Source: a virus (lineage: Duplodnaviria > Heunggongvirae > Uroviricota > Caudoviricetes). Taken from it: a DNA stretch of 47,964 bases. The notes below the pieces were generated by a model. It saw only the letters and a list, made by a program, of their open reading frames with translations. It was not told the DNA's origin and searched no databases. The DNA lies in IMG/VR virus record IMGVR_UViG_645951848_000002; one strand, 5' to 3'. This document shows positions 37,060-46,093 of this stretch, in pieces (position 1 is the first letter of the stretch; each line of letters starts with the position of its first letter). The position numbers and the translations under genes were made by a program.

Positions 37060-38049
37060 TCAAAATACTTTGTTATAAGCAGCTTTCGTTAATCCTTCTG
37101 TTTCATCTAAATAAATTTGTGTTGTATCTAATTTCTTATGCCCCAAAAGATTTTTTATATCTATTATTGACATCCCTTTTTTCCAAGCAGTAGTAGCGAA
37201 AGTCCTTCTAAATCTATGAGGGTGGACATTGTTGACCCCTGCTTCTTTACCAGCTTGTCTAATCATTATTTCAACTCCACTAATTTGTAATTTTTTATAT
37301 GGTTTTAAAAGAGAAACGAAAATATGCTTCTCTTTTGTATCTAAATGCTGTCTTTCTTCTAAATATTCTTTAAGATAAAACTCAGCTTCTTCATTGAAAT
37401 AAACAGTTCTATATTTTCTTCCTTTCTCAAAGACTGTTAGAGTTTTATCAGAGAAGTTTATATCATCAAATTTAAGTCCACAAAGTCCTCCTACCCTTAT
37501 TCCACTATGCAGTAGCAGTTCAAATATTGCTCTATCTCTTTTATTAGTAAAAACTTTTCTTATCTTTGCTAATTCTGTTGCAGAAAAAGCTTTTTTCTTT
37601 TCTCTTACTTCATTTATCTTTTTTACCCGAGCCATTGGATTTTTTAAAATAAAGTCAAATTCTTGTAAAAAAGTAAAGAATGAACTTAAATTTCTTCTAA
37701 GATTATTTGCTGTAGTTGATGTAACCTTATCTTTGTACATTTTTGAGCCTAAAAAGCTTATAACATCATTAGAGGTAACAGTTTGAAAAGGTTTATTTCT
37801 TAAAAAAGAGTTGAACAATTCAAGAGTTAAAACATAATATTTTATAGTTCTGTCACTTAAATTTTGCACTTTCTTCTGTATTACAAACTGTTTAATTAAT
37901 TCTAAATTTCCTTGCCCATCACTTACGACTAAAGCATTTTGATTCTTATAAAGAATGCTCCTTAAAATACTTTCTATTTTAAAAGCTTCATCATCAGAAA
38001 AGCTCTTTAATAATTCATATTTAAATTCTGTTATTAAATTTTCTTCCAT
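37060..38049 (-). CDS. Tyrosine recombinase (XerD-like, not next to an att site)
   Basis: RDRAIFELLLHSGIRVG, HPHRFRR, LLGH, TTQIY catalytic motifs. Confidence 0.9.
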   Translation of the reverse strand: MEENLITEFKYELLKSFSDDEAFKIESILRSILYKNQNALVVSDGQGNLELIKQFVIQKKVQNLSDRTIKYYVLTLELFNSFLRNKPFQTVTSNDVISFLGSKMYKDKVTSTTANNLRRNLSSFFTFLQEFDFILKNPMARVKKINEVREKKKAFSATELAKIRKVFTNKRDRAIFELLLHSGIRVGGLCGLKFDDINFSDKTLTVFEKGRKYRTVYFNEEAEFYLKEYLEERQHLDTKEKHIFVSLLKPYKKLQISGVEIMIRQAGKEAGVNNVHPHRFRRTFATTAWKKGMSIIDIKNLLGHKKLDTTQIYLDETEGLTKAAYNKVF

Positions 38050-38061
38050 ATCTATTCCTTT

Positions 38062-38745
38062 CTAAAAAAGCAGAGTTCCTGAAGTAAACCAGCTACCAAA
38101 TGTCTCCCCTGTTAGTGCATTTTTATTCTCACATTTTGCAGCAACCCCTGTAAGCGATAATTGGATATAAGCCATTTGAATAGCATTCTCATCTAAGTCA
38201 CTGCAAACTATCATTATATTCTTTTGATAGTTAATTCCTTTTTCTTTCAAAACTGCTAACAGTCCTAACAGTAAGCAACCTGATCCGCATGCTGAGTCAG
38301 TTATTTTTATTCTGCCTTCTTCTAATTTCTTTATTACATCAGAAACTTGAGTCTCTGCCATCATTTTAGCTAAGTGAAAAGGCGTAAAGAATTGCCCTTT
38401 CATTTTGTTATGCACTTCTAGTTGATGATGTATTTTCCCCAAATAATCATCAATTCCTTTTTCTTCAAATAACATTACTAGCTCAGCATGACATTCGTAA
38501 AACATTTGCATAGTTTTCTCTCCATGCTTCTCTTCTAACCTTTTAAATTTATCTTCTCTATCTTCATAGCCTTCTGTATTGCAAGTATTGCAATACGCAT
38601 AGAACATAGATTTTATCCAGTCAAAGAAGATTTCATCATAGTTGTACTTTTGATCCGTACTTTGAATCTTCTTTACTATATTGTCTATGGATATATTCAT
38701 TTTTTCCTTTTCTTCTTTATATAACTCAGATTCATTTTTAGTCAT
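38062..38745 (-). CDS. N-6 DNA methylase-like protein lacking an obvious motif IV
   Basis: GQFFTP, DSACGSG motif I, D.DENAIQM; start reassigned to 38745 (ATGACTAA overlap with the upstream stop). Confidence 0.7.
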   Translation of the reverse strand: MTKNESELYKEEKEKMNISIDNIVKKIQSTDQKYNYDEIFFDWIKSMFYAYCNTCNTEGYEDREDKFKRLEEKHGEKTMQMFYECHAELVMLFEEKGIDDYLGKIHHQLEVHNKMKGQFFTPFHLAKMMAETQVSDVIKKLEEGRIKITDSACGSGCLLLGLLAVLKEKGINYQKNIMIVCSDLDENAIQMAYIQLSLTGVAAKCENKNALTGETFGSWFTSGTLLF

Positions 38746-39040
38746 CTTTTCTTTCCTTCCAGTCCATTTCTTCAGCTTCTTTCTTTTCTTTGTAGAGTTT
38801 GATAGCCATTCCTTTTGCGCTATAATTTCTAAGCCCAAGGACTTTTTCACGACTTCTTTTTTTGTACGCTGCATTCTGTTTAGATTTTTCTCTCCAGTAT
38901 TGCTTCTCACATACAGCTGAACAATACTTAACTCTTTTATCTTTCACATCATTTACATATACATGTATTCCACAATATGCACAAACAAACTCACGAGGGC
39001 AGTCTACATTGTCATAAAATTGATTAACTTTTATTCCCAT
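38738..39040 (-). CDS. Zinc-finger hypothetical protein
   Basis: CAYC and YCSAVC motifs. Confidence 0.65.
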   Translation of the reverse strand: MGIKVNQFYDNVDCPREFVCAYCGIHVYVNDVKDKRVKYCSAVCEKQYWREKSKQNAAYKKRSREKVLGLRNYSAKGMAIKLYKEKKEAEEMDWKERKDD

Positions 39041-39111
39041 TTATCCACATCCTTGCTATTTTCAAAAGATTAGTGTATAATTTAGGTGAAATATTACCTA
39101 AATATTTTCTC

Positions 39112-39207
39112 TTAAACATCTGTGTTAGTTTGGTCGCTTACTACAGATGTTTTTCTTTTGTTATATGCAGCTAATATGCTAGCTATTACCAATGCTAGTT
39201 TCTTCAT
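39112..39207 (-). CDS. Small peptide (31 aa, not in the ORF track)
   Basis: MKKLALVIASILAAYNKRKTSVVSDQTNTDV; ATGA overlap with the upstream stop. Confidence 0.4.
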   Translation of the reverse strand: MKKLALVIASILAAYNKRKTSVVSDQTNTDV

Positions 39208-39452
39208 AACTCTTCTCCCTTGTGCTTCTCAAACCAAGATGTTTTTTCTTTTTTATAACTTTTTCCAGCTAAGAAATTTAGCCAATGAGCTTTTATAATT
39301 AAGTAAGCTCCTCTCTCATTTTCTTCATTTTTCTTTTTGTAGATACAGCCAGGAACTTCATTAGCTCTAATTAAACTATAAACATCATCTTTGTTTAATT
39401 CGCCATCTGATAGAGCTACAGCTTCATCTACTGTTATTTTGTAATTTGGCAT
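39204..39452 (-). CDS. Excisionase-like DNA-binding protein
   Basis: Winged-helix-like; similar to 44187-44378, which sits next to the second integrase. Confidence 0.5.
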   Translation of the reverse strand: MPNYKITVDEAVALSDGELNKDDVYSLIRANEVPGCIYKKKNEENERGAYLIIKAHWLNFLAGKSYKKEKTSWFEKHKGEEL

Positions 39453-39466
39453 TTTACACCTCCTTT

Positions 39467-39787
39467 TTAATTGTTTAATTTAATTAATTGATCGATTATG
39501 TTCAAGCATTCGTTTTCAACAAAGACTACATTATTACAAGGCTCACTATCGAAATGGTTTGTATCAAACCCAATATAATAAGCACCATCCCTAAATCTGT
39601 AACCACTATAAGTTAGTCCCCCGTGGCACTCAATATCGTTGATATCGTCATAGTGTTGCTCGAAATAAATATGATTTTTTGGGACTTCTACATATCCACA
39701 GTACCAGTTATAACGTCCATCATCTATGTGAGTGATAACATAACTAGAACCTTTAAAAATCCCGACTGTAATAACTTCAAAACTCAT
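39467..39787 (-). CDS. Conserved phage hypothetical protein
   Basis: WYCGYV.VP, IECHGGLTY, IGFD.NH motifs. Confidence 0.65.
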   Translation of the reverse strand: MSFEVITVGIFKGSSYVITHIDDGRYNWYCGYVEVPKNHIYFEQHYDDINDIECHGGLTYSGYRFRDGAYYIGFDTNHFDSEPCNNVVFVENECLNIIDQLIKLNN

Positions 39788-39922
39788 TTTTTTTATCCTC
39801 CCTTTTAAAATAAATCTCCAAAATCATACAACTCTACATATTTGCAGTAGAACTTCCAGATTAAATTGATTAACCATTTTACTTTGTATTTAATTATGTC
39901 TTTTTTTGATGCTTCCATGTAT

Positions 39923-40042
39923 TCAATCATTCAATCCCTCCCATATTTCTAAAAGCTCTATTATTTTTAGAGCTCTTTTTAAACTCAATCCTTTAAGTTC
40001 AGGCTTTGACCAGTATTTATCTAAAATCTTGTTGCTTAGCAT
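39923..40042 (-). CDS. Small hypothetical protein (39 aa, not in the ORF track)
   Basis: MLSNKILDKYWSKPELKGLSLKRALKIIELLEIWEGLND; AGGAG RBS. Confidence 0.45.
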   Translation of the reverse strand: MLSNKILDKYWSKPELKGLSLKRALKIIELLEIWEGLND

Positions 40043-40051
40043 AATTCTCTC

Positions 40052-40144
40052 CTATTTTTTTATAATTATTTTTCCATCTTTTAACAATATATTTTTTAGC
40101 GATATCCCTTTTATAGAAGTATTGTTTATTTTTGTTATTTTCAT
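40052..40144 (-). CDS. Small basic peptide (30 aa, not in the ORF track)
   Basis: MKITKINNTSIKGISLKNILLKDGKIIIKK; GGGGTGGG upstream. Confidence 0.35.
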   Translation of the reverse strand: MKITKINNTSIKGISLKNILLKDGKIIIKK

Positions 40145-40158
40145 TTTTCCCACCCCTT

Positions 40159-40392
40159 TTAATGTTTCATTCCTTTATAAAGTTTTTCTAAATTTTCTAA
40201 TGCTACATCTTTCATTTCATGTTTACTAACTGCTAAAACATCTTTGATATTCGAGTACCAAATTTCAGCTATTTTCTTATCAGAATAGTGACTGTAGTCA
40301 ATTCCTAAAAAGTCCATTTGTGGTTTACCTCCCAGTACAACCAATCCAAATATTATCTTTGCTTCATGACTCTTAAAATATAAATCTTCCAT
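40159..40392 (-). CDS. Hypothetical phage protein
   Basis: AAGGAG RBS before MEDLYF. Confidence 0.6.
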   Translation of the reverse strand: MEDLYFKSHEAKIIFGLVVLGGKPQMDFLGIDYSHYSDKKIAEIWYSNIKDVLAVSKHEMKDVALENLEKLYKGMKH

Positions 40393-40411
40393 TAAATTAT
40401 CTCCTTTCTTT

Positions 40412-40738
40412 TTCACTTAAAGTGAAATTTTTATTTAAAAAAATATTTCATCTACTGTTTTTTTATAATAGTTGGCTATTTTTTTCTTTGTTTCATCATT
40501 TGGAATTCTATAATTGTTCTCATAGTTAGAGTAAGCTGAAGGTAAAATTCCTAGATCTTTTGCTATTTCTGTTTGTCTTTTATTACCTCTAAGTTTTTTT
40601 AATTTCTCACCTATAGTCATAAAATCACCTCCTTTTTTTATTTCACTTTTTGTGAACAAATTAATGTTATCATATCTTAAAATTTTTGTCAACACTTTTC
40701 GTGAAAAAATTTTCTTGATTTTTTCCACGAATGGTGTA
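40412..40738. promoter_or_regulatory. Lysis-lysogeny switch: divergent promoters with TTCAC-N5-GTGAA operators
   Basis: Boxes at 40412-26, 40642-56, 40691-705 and degenerate 40724-38; TTGACA-17-TAACAT on minus, TTGATT-16-TATAAT on plus. Confidence 0.7.
40435..40620 (-). CDS. Cro-like XRE repressor
   Basis: MTIGEKLKKLRG..RQTEIAKDLGI..SAYSNYENNYRIP; GGAGGTG RBS supports the start at 40620. Confidence 0.85.
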   Translation of the reverse strand: MTIGEKLKKLRGNKRQTEIAKDLGILPSAYSNYENNYRIPNDETKKKIANYYKKTVDEIFF

Positions 40739-40753
40739 TAATTGTTTTAAGAG

Positions 40754-41194
40754 GTGATATTAATGGCTGAAATTAAAGATAGAATTTTAGATCTTAGAAT
40801 AGAAAATTCTTTAACACAAAGTCAAATGGCTAAAATTTTTGATGTTGGAATAAGTACTATTAGTATGTGGGAACAAGGTCAAAGAATTCCTAGACCAAAT
40901 ACTTTACAAGAAATATGTGATTATTTTAATGTCGATATGGACTATTTAATGGGAAGAAGTGATATTAGAAATAGATACCAAGCTGGTTTAAAATATGATT
41001 GGGAAAATAAAAAAGAAGAAAAAGAAAATAATATTTTTTCTAAATTAACAGATGAAGAATTAGCAAAATTAGAAAAATTTAAAAATATGTCTACTGTTAT
41101 GTTTATGAATGAAGGGAACGATATTTCTGATGAAGATAAAGAAACATTAGCAACAGCTTATGCAGAAGTATTAATTTCACAAAGGAAGAAGTGA
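40754..41194 (+). CDS. CI/ImmR-like XRE repressor
   Basis: TQSQMAKIFDVGISTISMWEQGQRIP, YFNVDMDYLMGRSD. Confidence 0.88.
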   Translation: MILMAEIKDRILDLRIENSLTQSQMAKIFDVGISTISMWEQGQRIPRPNTLQEICDYFNVDMDYLMGRSDIRNRYQAGLKYDWENKKEEKENNIFSKLTDEELAKLEKFKNMSTVMFMNEGNDISDEDKETLATAYAEVLISQRKK

Positions 41195-41200
41195 TGCGTA

Positions 41201-41599
41201 ATGACTACAAAGTCTATAATAAGTGCTGCTCTAAAACTTCGTAGAGAATATGGAAATATATATAATTTAATAAGAGATAAAGGAATTATATTAAAATATG
41301 TAGATTTAGATAGCAGCATTAGGGGTTTATCAGTTGATAATGTTATTTTTATCAATTCAAGTATTTCAAGTTTTGAGAAAGAATTTGTTATAGCTCATGA
41401 AGTTGGGCATTATGAATTTCATGATGATTCTATAAGACAGTTTAGCAAAATAGAAGCATTTAAAGGCTCAAGAGAAGAAACACAAGCAAATTTATTTGCT
41501 ACTATATTTTTACAAGCTAAATATAAAGATTGTGATAATAATGATGAGATTCAAAAGATTATAAATTATGTTTGGTGCAATTACTTAAATTTTAAATAA
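41201..41599 (+). CDS. ImmA/IrrE family metallopeptidase (anti-repressor)
   Basis: FVIAHEVGH, E.QANLFA motifs; follows the repressor. Confidence 0.88.
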   Translation: MTTKSIISAALKLRREYGNIYNLIRDKGIILKYVDLDSSIRGLSVDNVIFINSSISSFEKEFVIAHEVGHYEFHDDSIRQFSKIEAFKGSREETQANLFATIFLQAKYKDCDNNDEIQKIINYVWCNYLNFK

Positions 41600-41732
41600 A
41601 AAAATACCCCAGCAGTGATACTGCGAATATCACTATAGGGGCTAAAAAGAGTGGTTATATCTTTTTGGTTCGTAACTAGATTATAACACACTCTATTTAA
41701 GTACGTCAAATTAAAAGGAGTGTGATTTTTTT

Positions 41733-42815
41733 ATGAGAGCAGCAAATGGAATGGGAACTGTTTCAAAATTATCTGGAAAAAGAAGAAAGCCATGGCTTTT
41801 AAGAGACAATAAACGATTTAATGAAGAAACAGGAAAATTTGAAAGGTTGGTCCTGGGTGTATTTGAAACTAAGAAAGAAGCCGAGACATACCGAATAGCA
41901 TATTTTACAAATAACCTTGATATGCTTGAAAAGACTGATATAAAAATACATAAAAAGAAAGAAAAAGGTATTACATTTGAACAAGTCTATAATTTATGGC
42001 TAAAAAATAAAGATGTGAATGATGGAACTTTAACCAACTATGAAACACAATTTAAAAGAAGTAAAAAGTTGCATAAAATGGAAATAAATAAAATAAATGG
42101 TATTTTACTTCAAGATATTTTTTATAGTTTAAATCTGACTAACAGCACTTTAAGAGTTTTAAAAAGTTTCTGGAGTATGATATTTGATTTTGCAATATTA
42201 AATGATATGTGTAGCAAGAATTATGCTAAGTATTTAAAGACTAAGACTGTTGAAAAAGGTAAAAAGACAAGCGATAGAGAAAGAGTTATTACTCAAGAAG
42301 AATTACAAGTTTTATGGGATAATATAAGCAATAATGAAACTAACAAACATGGAATAATAGATATGGTCCTAATCCTGTGTTATACAGGACTTAGAATAAG
42401 TGAGTTATTAAGAGTAAAAAGAAAAGATGTATATTTGAATGAATATTATTTTGAAGTAGAAAAATCTAAGAGTAAAGCTGGAGTCAGAAAAGTTCCTATC
42501 GCAGATAAAATTTTAGATTTATTTAGAGCCAGATATTTCAGTAAAGATAAATATTTATGGCAAAGATTAGATGGGCTTGAATATGATTACGATTCTTTTG
42601 ATAATCATTTCAGGATATTGTTTAGGGATCTAGGATTGTCTTATCATAGTTTACATGATACTAGGCATACATTTGCGAGCCTATTATCTGATAATGTAGC
42701 TGACAAAGATGCTATTATTAAAATCATTGGTCACTCAAACTATAAGACTACATCAGATGTTTATATTCACAAAGAAATTAAGAGATTAAAGAAGGTAGTT
42801 GATGAAATAAAATAA
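41733..42815 (+). CDS. int: Prophage tyrosine integrase
   Basis: YTGLRISE, HDTRHTFA, IIGHSNY.TT..VY; next to the right att core. Confidence 0.93.
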   Translation: MRAANGMGTVSKLSGKRRKPWLLRDNKRFNEETGKFERLVLGVFETKKEAETYRIAYFTNNLDMLEKTDIKIHKKKEKGITFEQVYNLWLKNKDVNDGTLTNYETQFKRSKKLHKMEINKINGILLQDIFYSLNLTNSTLRVLKSFWSMIFDFAILNDMCSKNYAKYLKTKTVEKGKKTSDRERVITQEELQVLWDNISNNETNKHGIIDMVLILCYTGLRISELLRVKRKDVYLNEYYFEVEKSKSKAGVRKVPIADKILDLFRARYFSKDKYLWQRLDGLEYDYDSFDNHFRILFRDLGLSYHSLHDTRHTFASLLSDNVADKDAIIKIIGHSNYKTTSDVYIHKEIKRLKKVVDEIK

Positions 42816-42896
42816 CACCTAAAAACCGTTAAAATCGACTTAGCTAAAATTAGATTAAATTTAATGGTAACAAAATGGAAACAAAAATACCCTTCA

Positions 42897-42955
42897 CCAA
42901 CAAAAAAGCCCTCAACTTTTTACAAGTTCGGGCTTTTTTGTAGAAATTAAACTAT
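42897..42955. repeat. Right att core of the prophage
   Basis: 59-bp direct repeat of 1037-1095. Confidence 0.9.
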
Positions 42956-43070
42956 AATTTCAGCACTTTTAAATAAGAGCATAGATATTGCACTTATCTA
43001 ATAATATTAATATGTAGATATAGAATTATTATAACATATTATTAAATAATTAGCAACAAATTAGCAACAA

Positions 43071-44159
43071 TCATATTTTATCAATTGCATTTCTATAATC
43101 TTCAAGTACTTTATGTATGTATTTTTCAGATGTTATTTTATAGCTACTGTGTCCTGTAAGTTTTATAATTATTTCTTTATCTATTTCTGCGTTTGACAAT
43201 AATGTAGCAAATGTGTGTCTACAATCATGTGTTGTATGGTAATCTATTTCTAAATCAATCATTACTTCTCTGAACTGATAATCATATGTATCATATAATA
43301 ATTTAGCTCCATCATATCTAGTAAAAAGAAATTCTTTTTCATTATCATATCTTTTTTTTATAAGTTCAAAGATTTTACTTGGTATAGGAAGCCTTCTTAT
43401 CCCAGATTTAGTTTTTGATTTTGTAATATCAATATATTTTTCTTTAAGATTTACATTTTCAATCTTAATATTTAATAGTTCATTAGGCCTCAATCCTGTA
43501 TAACAATGAACTAAAATAACATCTATGATTTTAAATCTATCTTTTTCATCATTATAAAGATTGTTCCATAATTTTTGTAAATCTTCTGTAGTGAATATTC
43601 TATTTCTATCACTTGTTTTTTTACCCTTTTCTTCTGTTGGCAGTTTTAAAAAAGTAACATAATCTTTTTGACAAAAATCATTTAAGATTGCAAAATCAAA
43701 AATTTGTTTCCAAAAAGATTTTAGATTTCTAAGAGTTCCTTTACTTAAATTAGCATCATTTAAAATATTTTGTAATATTATTCCGTTTATAGTTTTTATA
43801 TCTAATTTATGTAGTTTTTTGCTATTATTAAAATGTGTAGTTAAATTTCTTAATGTTAATTTGCTAGGTTTTTTATTTTTTAACCAAATATCATATAAAT
43901 TTTCAAATAATATTTTTTCTTTTTTATCTTTTTTGTTTTCTGCAATTAAAGGTTTTTCAACTTCTTTATCAACTGAATCTTTATTTTTATTAAAATATGC
44001 AATTCTAAATATTTCAGCTTCTTTTTTAGTTTCAAAACTACCAAGTAATGGCTGAAAATATCCTTTTTCTGTTAATACAGCTGGTCCTCTAACTATATAA
44101 GGTTTTCTTCTTTTTCCTTTTAATTTAAAGATTGTACCCATACCATTACTAGCTTTCAT
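43071..44159 (-). CDS. int: Tyrosine integrase of the second element
   Basis: YTGLRPNE, HDCRHTFA, LTGHSSY.IT..KY; same architecture as 41733-42815. Confidence 0.92.
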   Translation of the reverse strand: MKASNGMGTIFKLKGKRRKPYIVRGPAVLTEKGYFQPLLGSFETKKEAEIFRIAYFNKNKDSVDKEVEKPLIAENKKDKKEKILFENLYDIWLKNKKPSKLTLRNLTTHFNNSKKLHKLDIKTINGIILQNILNDANLSKGTLRNLKSFWKQIFDFAILNDFCQKDYVTFLKLPTEEKGKKTSDRNRIFTTEDLQKLWNNLYNDEKDRFKIIDVILVHCYTGLRPNELLNIKIENVNLKEKYIDITKSKTKSGIRRLPIPSKIFELIKKRYDNEKEFLFTRYDGAKLLYDTYDYQFREVMIDLEIDYHTTHDCRHTFATLLSNAEIDKEIIIKLTGHSSYKITSEKYIHKVLEDYRNAIDKI

Positions 44160-44186
44160 TTTTATTCGTTCCTCCTTTTTTATTTT

Positions 44187-44378
44187 TTAATTTTCTATTT
44201 GAAAAAATTTACAAAGTTCATTTTCATCTATTAAATAATCTCCTCTTGCCTTAAATTCTTTTCTTTTATAATAACATTTAGGTATTTTGTTATTTTGAAT
44301 ATACCAACATAAGCTACCTTTACTTACACCTATATTTTTTACTAATTCAAATGCTTTTGGTAATTTTATTATAGCCAT
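44187..44378 (-). CDS. Excisionase-like protein
   Basis: Small basic ORF directly upstream of the integrase. Confidence 0.55.
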   Translation of the reverse strand: MAIIKLPKAFELVKNIGVSKGSLCWYIQNNKIPKCYYKRKEFKARGDYLIDENELCKFFQIEN

Positions 44379-44401
44379 TTTTTCTCCTTTATGTATCCTA
44401 A

Positions 44402-45061
44402 TTAAATTGCTCTTTTATACAATCTTTTATAAACTCTTACATTTGTGCCAGTTGTTTCTATGTAATATAAATAAATGTATTCAAAGATTCCATTTATCCA
44501 AGTAGAAGAAATAGCACTACCATTTAGTAATTCAAAATCATCTATTTTACCAGTTCTATCAGCTAAGAAACTATATAATAACTGTCCTTTATCATTATTG
44601 TTAGGAAGAAATGATAAATCATAGTTTTTTTCTTCTAACATTCTTAAATTAAATTCTTTATTTTTATCAAAATCATTTCCAAATACAGTCCACAATATTT
44701 TTCTATTTCTTAATAGATTTATATTAAATTTAATATTAGTATTGTTTTCAATTTTAAAATGTTCTAATATATCTTTTGTTGAAAATCCTTTTTTTATAGA
44801 ATCTCTTATATTAAAATTAATTATTTTTTCTCCAAATTCTTTTAGTTTAAGATAATCTTTATCTGGTTCTGGATCTTTTAATATAACTTCTATTTTTTGA
44901 ACTTGTTCTATAATTTCTTCAGTTGCATGATTTCTTTTTCTTTTAAAAGGATTAATTTTTCCTATTACTTTACCTATTGGATTACCTTTAAATTTAATTT
45001 TATCAGTTAAAAAAGATTTTTTAAATTGGTAATCATTTAAAACTAAATCATAAATTTTCAT
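44402..45061 (-). CDS. Hypothetical protein
   Basis: Coupled ORF, no motif recognised. Confidence 0.6.
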   Translation of the reverse strand: MKIYDLVLNDYQFKKSFLTDKIKFKGNPIGKVIGKINPFKRKRNHATEEIIEQVQKIEVILKDPEPDKDYLKLKEFGEKIINFNIRDSIKKGFSTKDILEHFKIENNTNIKFNINLLRNRKILWTVFGNDFDKNKEFNLRMLEEKNYDLSFLPNNNDKGQLLYSFLADRTGKIDDFELLNGSAISSTWINGIFEYIYLYYIETTGTNVRVYKRLYKRAI

Positions 45062-45467
45062 AATTTACCTCTATTAATGAATATTTTTCTTTTATAATTT
45101 CTTGTTTTGCATTTAGTTTATTTATTAATAATTTATGGAATCTAAATGCTATATTGTTTTCGATATAACACCAAAGATAGATTTTTTTATAAAATTTTAA
45201 TTGTTTTTTTAGAATTTTCATAACTTCAAATAACGCATTTTCTTTTAAATGAATATTATTAGGGGATAAATTTATTACCCCCATATAACATTCATTATCA
45301 TAAATTGTAAAATCTATATAATATATTTTATTCGCTAAAAAACATTTATCCGGAAAGTTCTTTTCTTCATTTTCAGAAAAATAAAAATTATAGTATTCAT
45401 TATTTTTTAATTTATTTATTTTCTTTTCTATTTCTATTATTTCTTGTTTATTTAATTCTTTTATCAT
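45048..45467 (-). CDS. GNAT-like acetyltransferase (tentative)
   Basis: IYLWCYIENNIAFRFHKLL resembles GNAT motif B. Confidence 0.4.
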   Translation of the reverse strand: MIKELNKQEIIEIEKKINKLKNNEYYNFYFSENEEKNFPDKCFLANKIYYIDFTIYDNECYMGVINLSPNNIHLKENALFEVMKILKKQLKFYKKIYLWCYIENNIAFRFHKLLINKLNAKQEIIKEKYSLIEVNYENL

Positions 45468-45469
45468 AA

Positions 45470-46093
45470 TTAATCCAGATCAGCTACTTTAATTGTTTGT
45501 AAATGTTCCATTTTTTCATTAAAGAAATTTAATTCTTTATCATCTATCAAATATTTTTTTACAAATTCATTTTCTTTATATTTTTCTTTATATTCTGGAA
45601 CAATAAATGTTACAATTTCTAATTGTTTATTTTTAATTATTTCTTCTAATTGTTTATTTTCATTTAATATATCATTTAGTTCAATTGTGTTATCACATAT
45701 TGGTGTAAAAATCAATAATTTATTTCCATTATTTAAAATTTTTTGAATTAAGTATGCTAAAGTTTTTTTGTTTATAATAGAAAAGTCTGGTATTAAAGAA
45801 ATTTCTATTTCATATTGTTTACACATATCTAATATTTCTTTATCTATATCTTCAACATCTTCTAAACTTAAAAATATTCTTCTAGTATTTTTACCTGTAT
45901 TTTTATTATTGTAAAATCCACCTAAATATAATTTTGTAGCATCAAAAAATTTAGATAATAATTCATTATTAATCTCTTCATCTATACATAAAGCTACATT
46001 TCCTATATCATCATATTCTTTATAATATTTTCTAAAACTTTCAATTATATCTTCTTTATTATTTTTATTAATATGTATTTCTATTAGTTTCAA
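45470..46093 (-). CDS. Hypothetical protein with an alternating beta/alpha pattern
   Basis: Coupled ORF; repeated short hydrophobic strands and amphipathic helices. Confidence 0.55.
   Translation of the reverse strand: MKLIEIHINKNNKEDIIESFRKYYKEYDDIGNVALCIDEEINNELLSKFFDATKLYLGGFYNNKNTGKNTRRIFLSLEDVEDIDKEILDMCKQYEIEISLIPDFSIINKKTLAYLIQKILNNGNKLLIFTPICDNTIELNDILNENKQLEEIIKNKQLEIVTFIVPEYKEKYKENEFVKKYLIDDKELNFFNEKMEHLQTIKVADLD

Larger units (their letters stand above)
1037..42955. mobile_element. Temperate contractile-tailed prophage, 41,860 bp between att cores
   Basis: Direct repeats at both ends, integrase next to the right end, full modular gene order. Confidence 0.93.

Noticed and set aside
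38746-38910. Long N-terminal extensions in the ORF track (38062-38910, 40435-40728, 10644-11576)
   Set aside because: They overlap neighbouring genes or promoters; internal ATGs have better RBS or coupling.
5351-39808. Many plus-strand ORFs of 60-130 aa inside the prophage (e.g. 5351-5641, 5918-6223, 13456-13767, 18172-18561, 25309-25611, 39623-39808)
   Set aside because: Antisense shadows of well-supported minus-strand genes; no RBS or motifs.
41158-44055. ORFs 41158-41355, 41799-41984 and 43819-44055
   Set aside because: Antisense to the repressor/ImmA and integrase genes.
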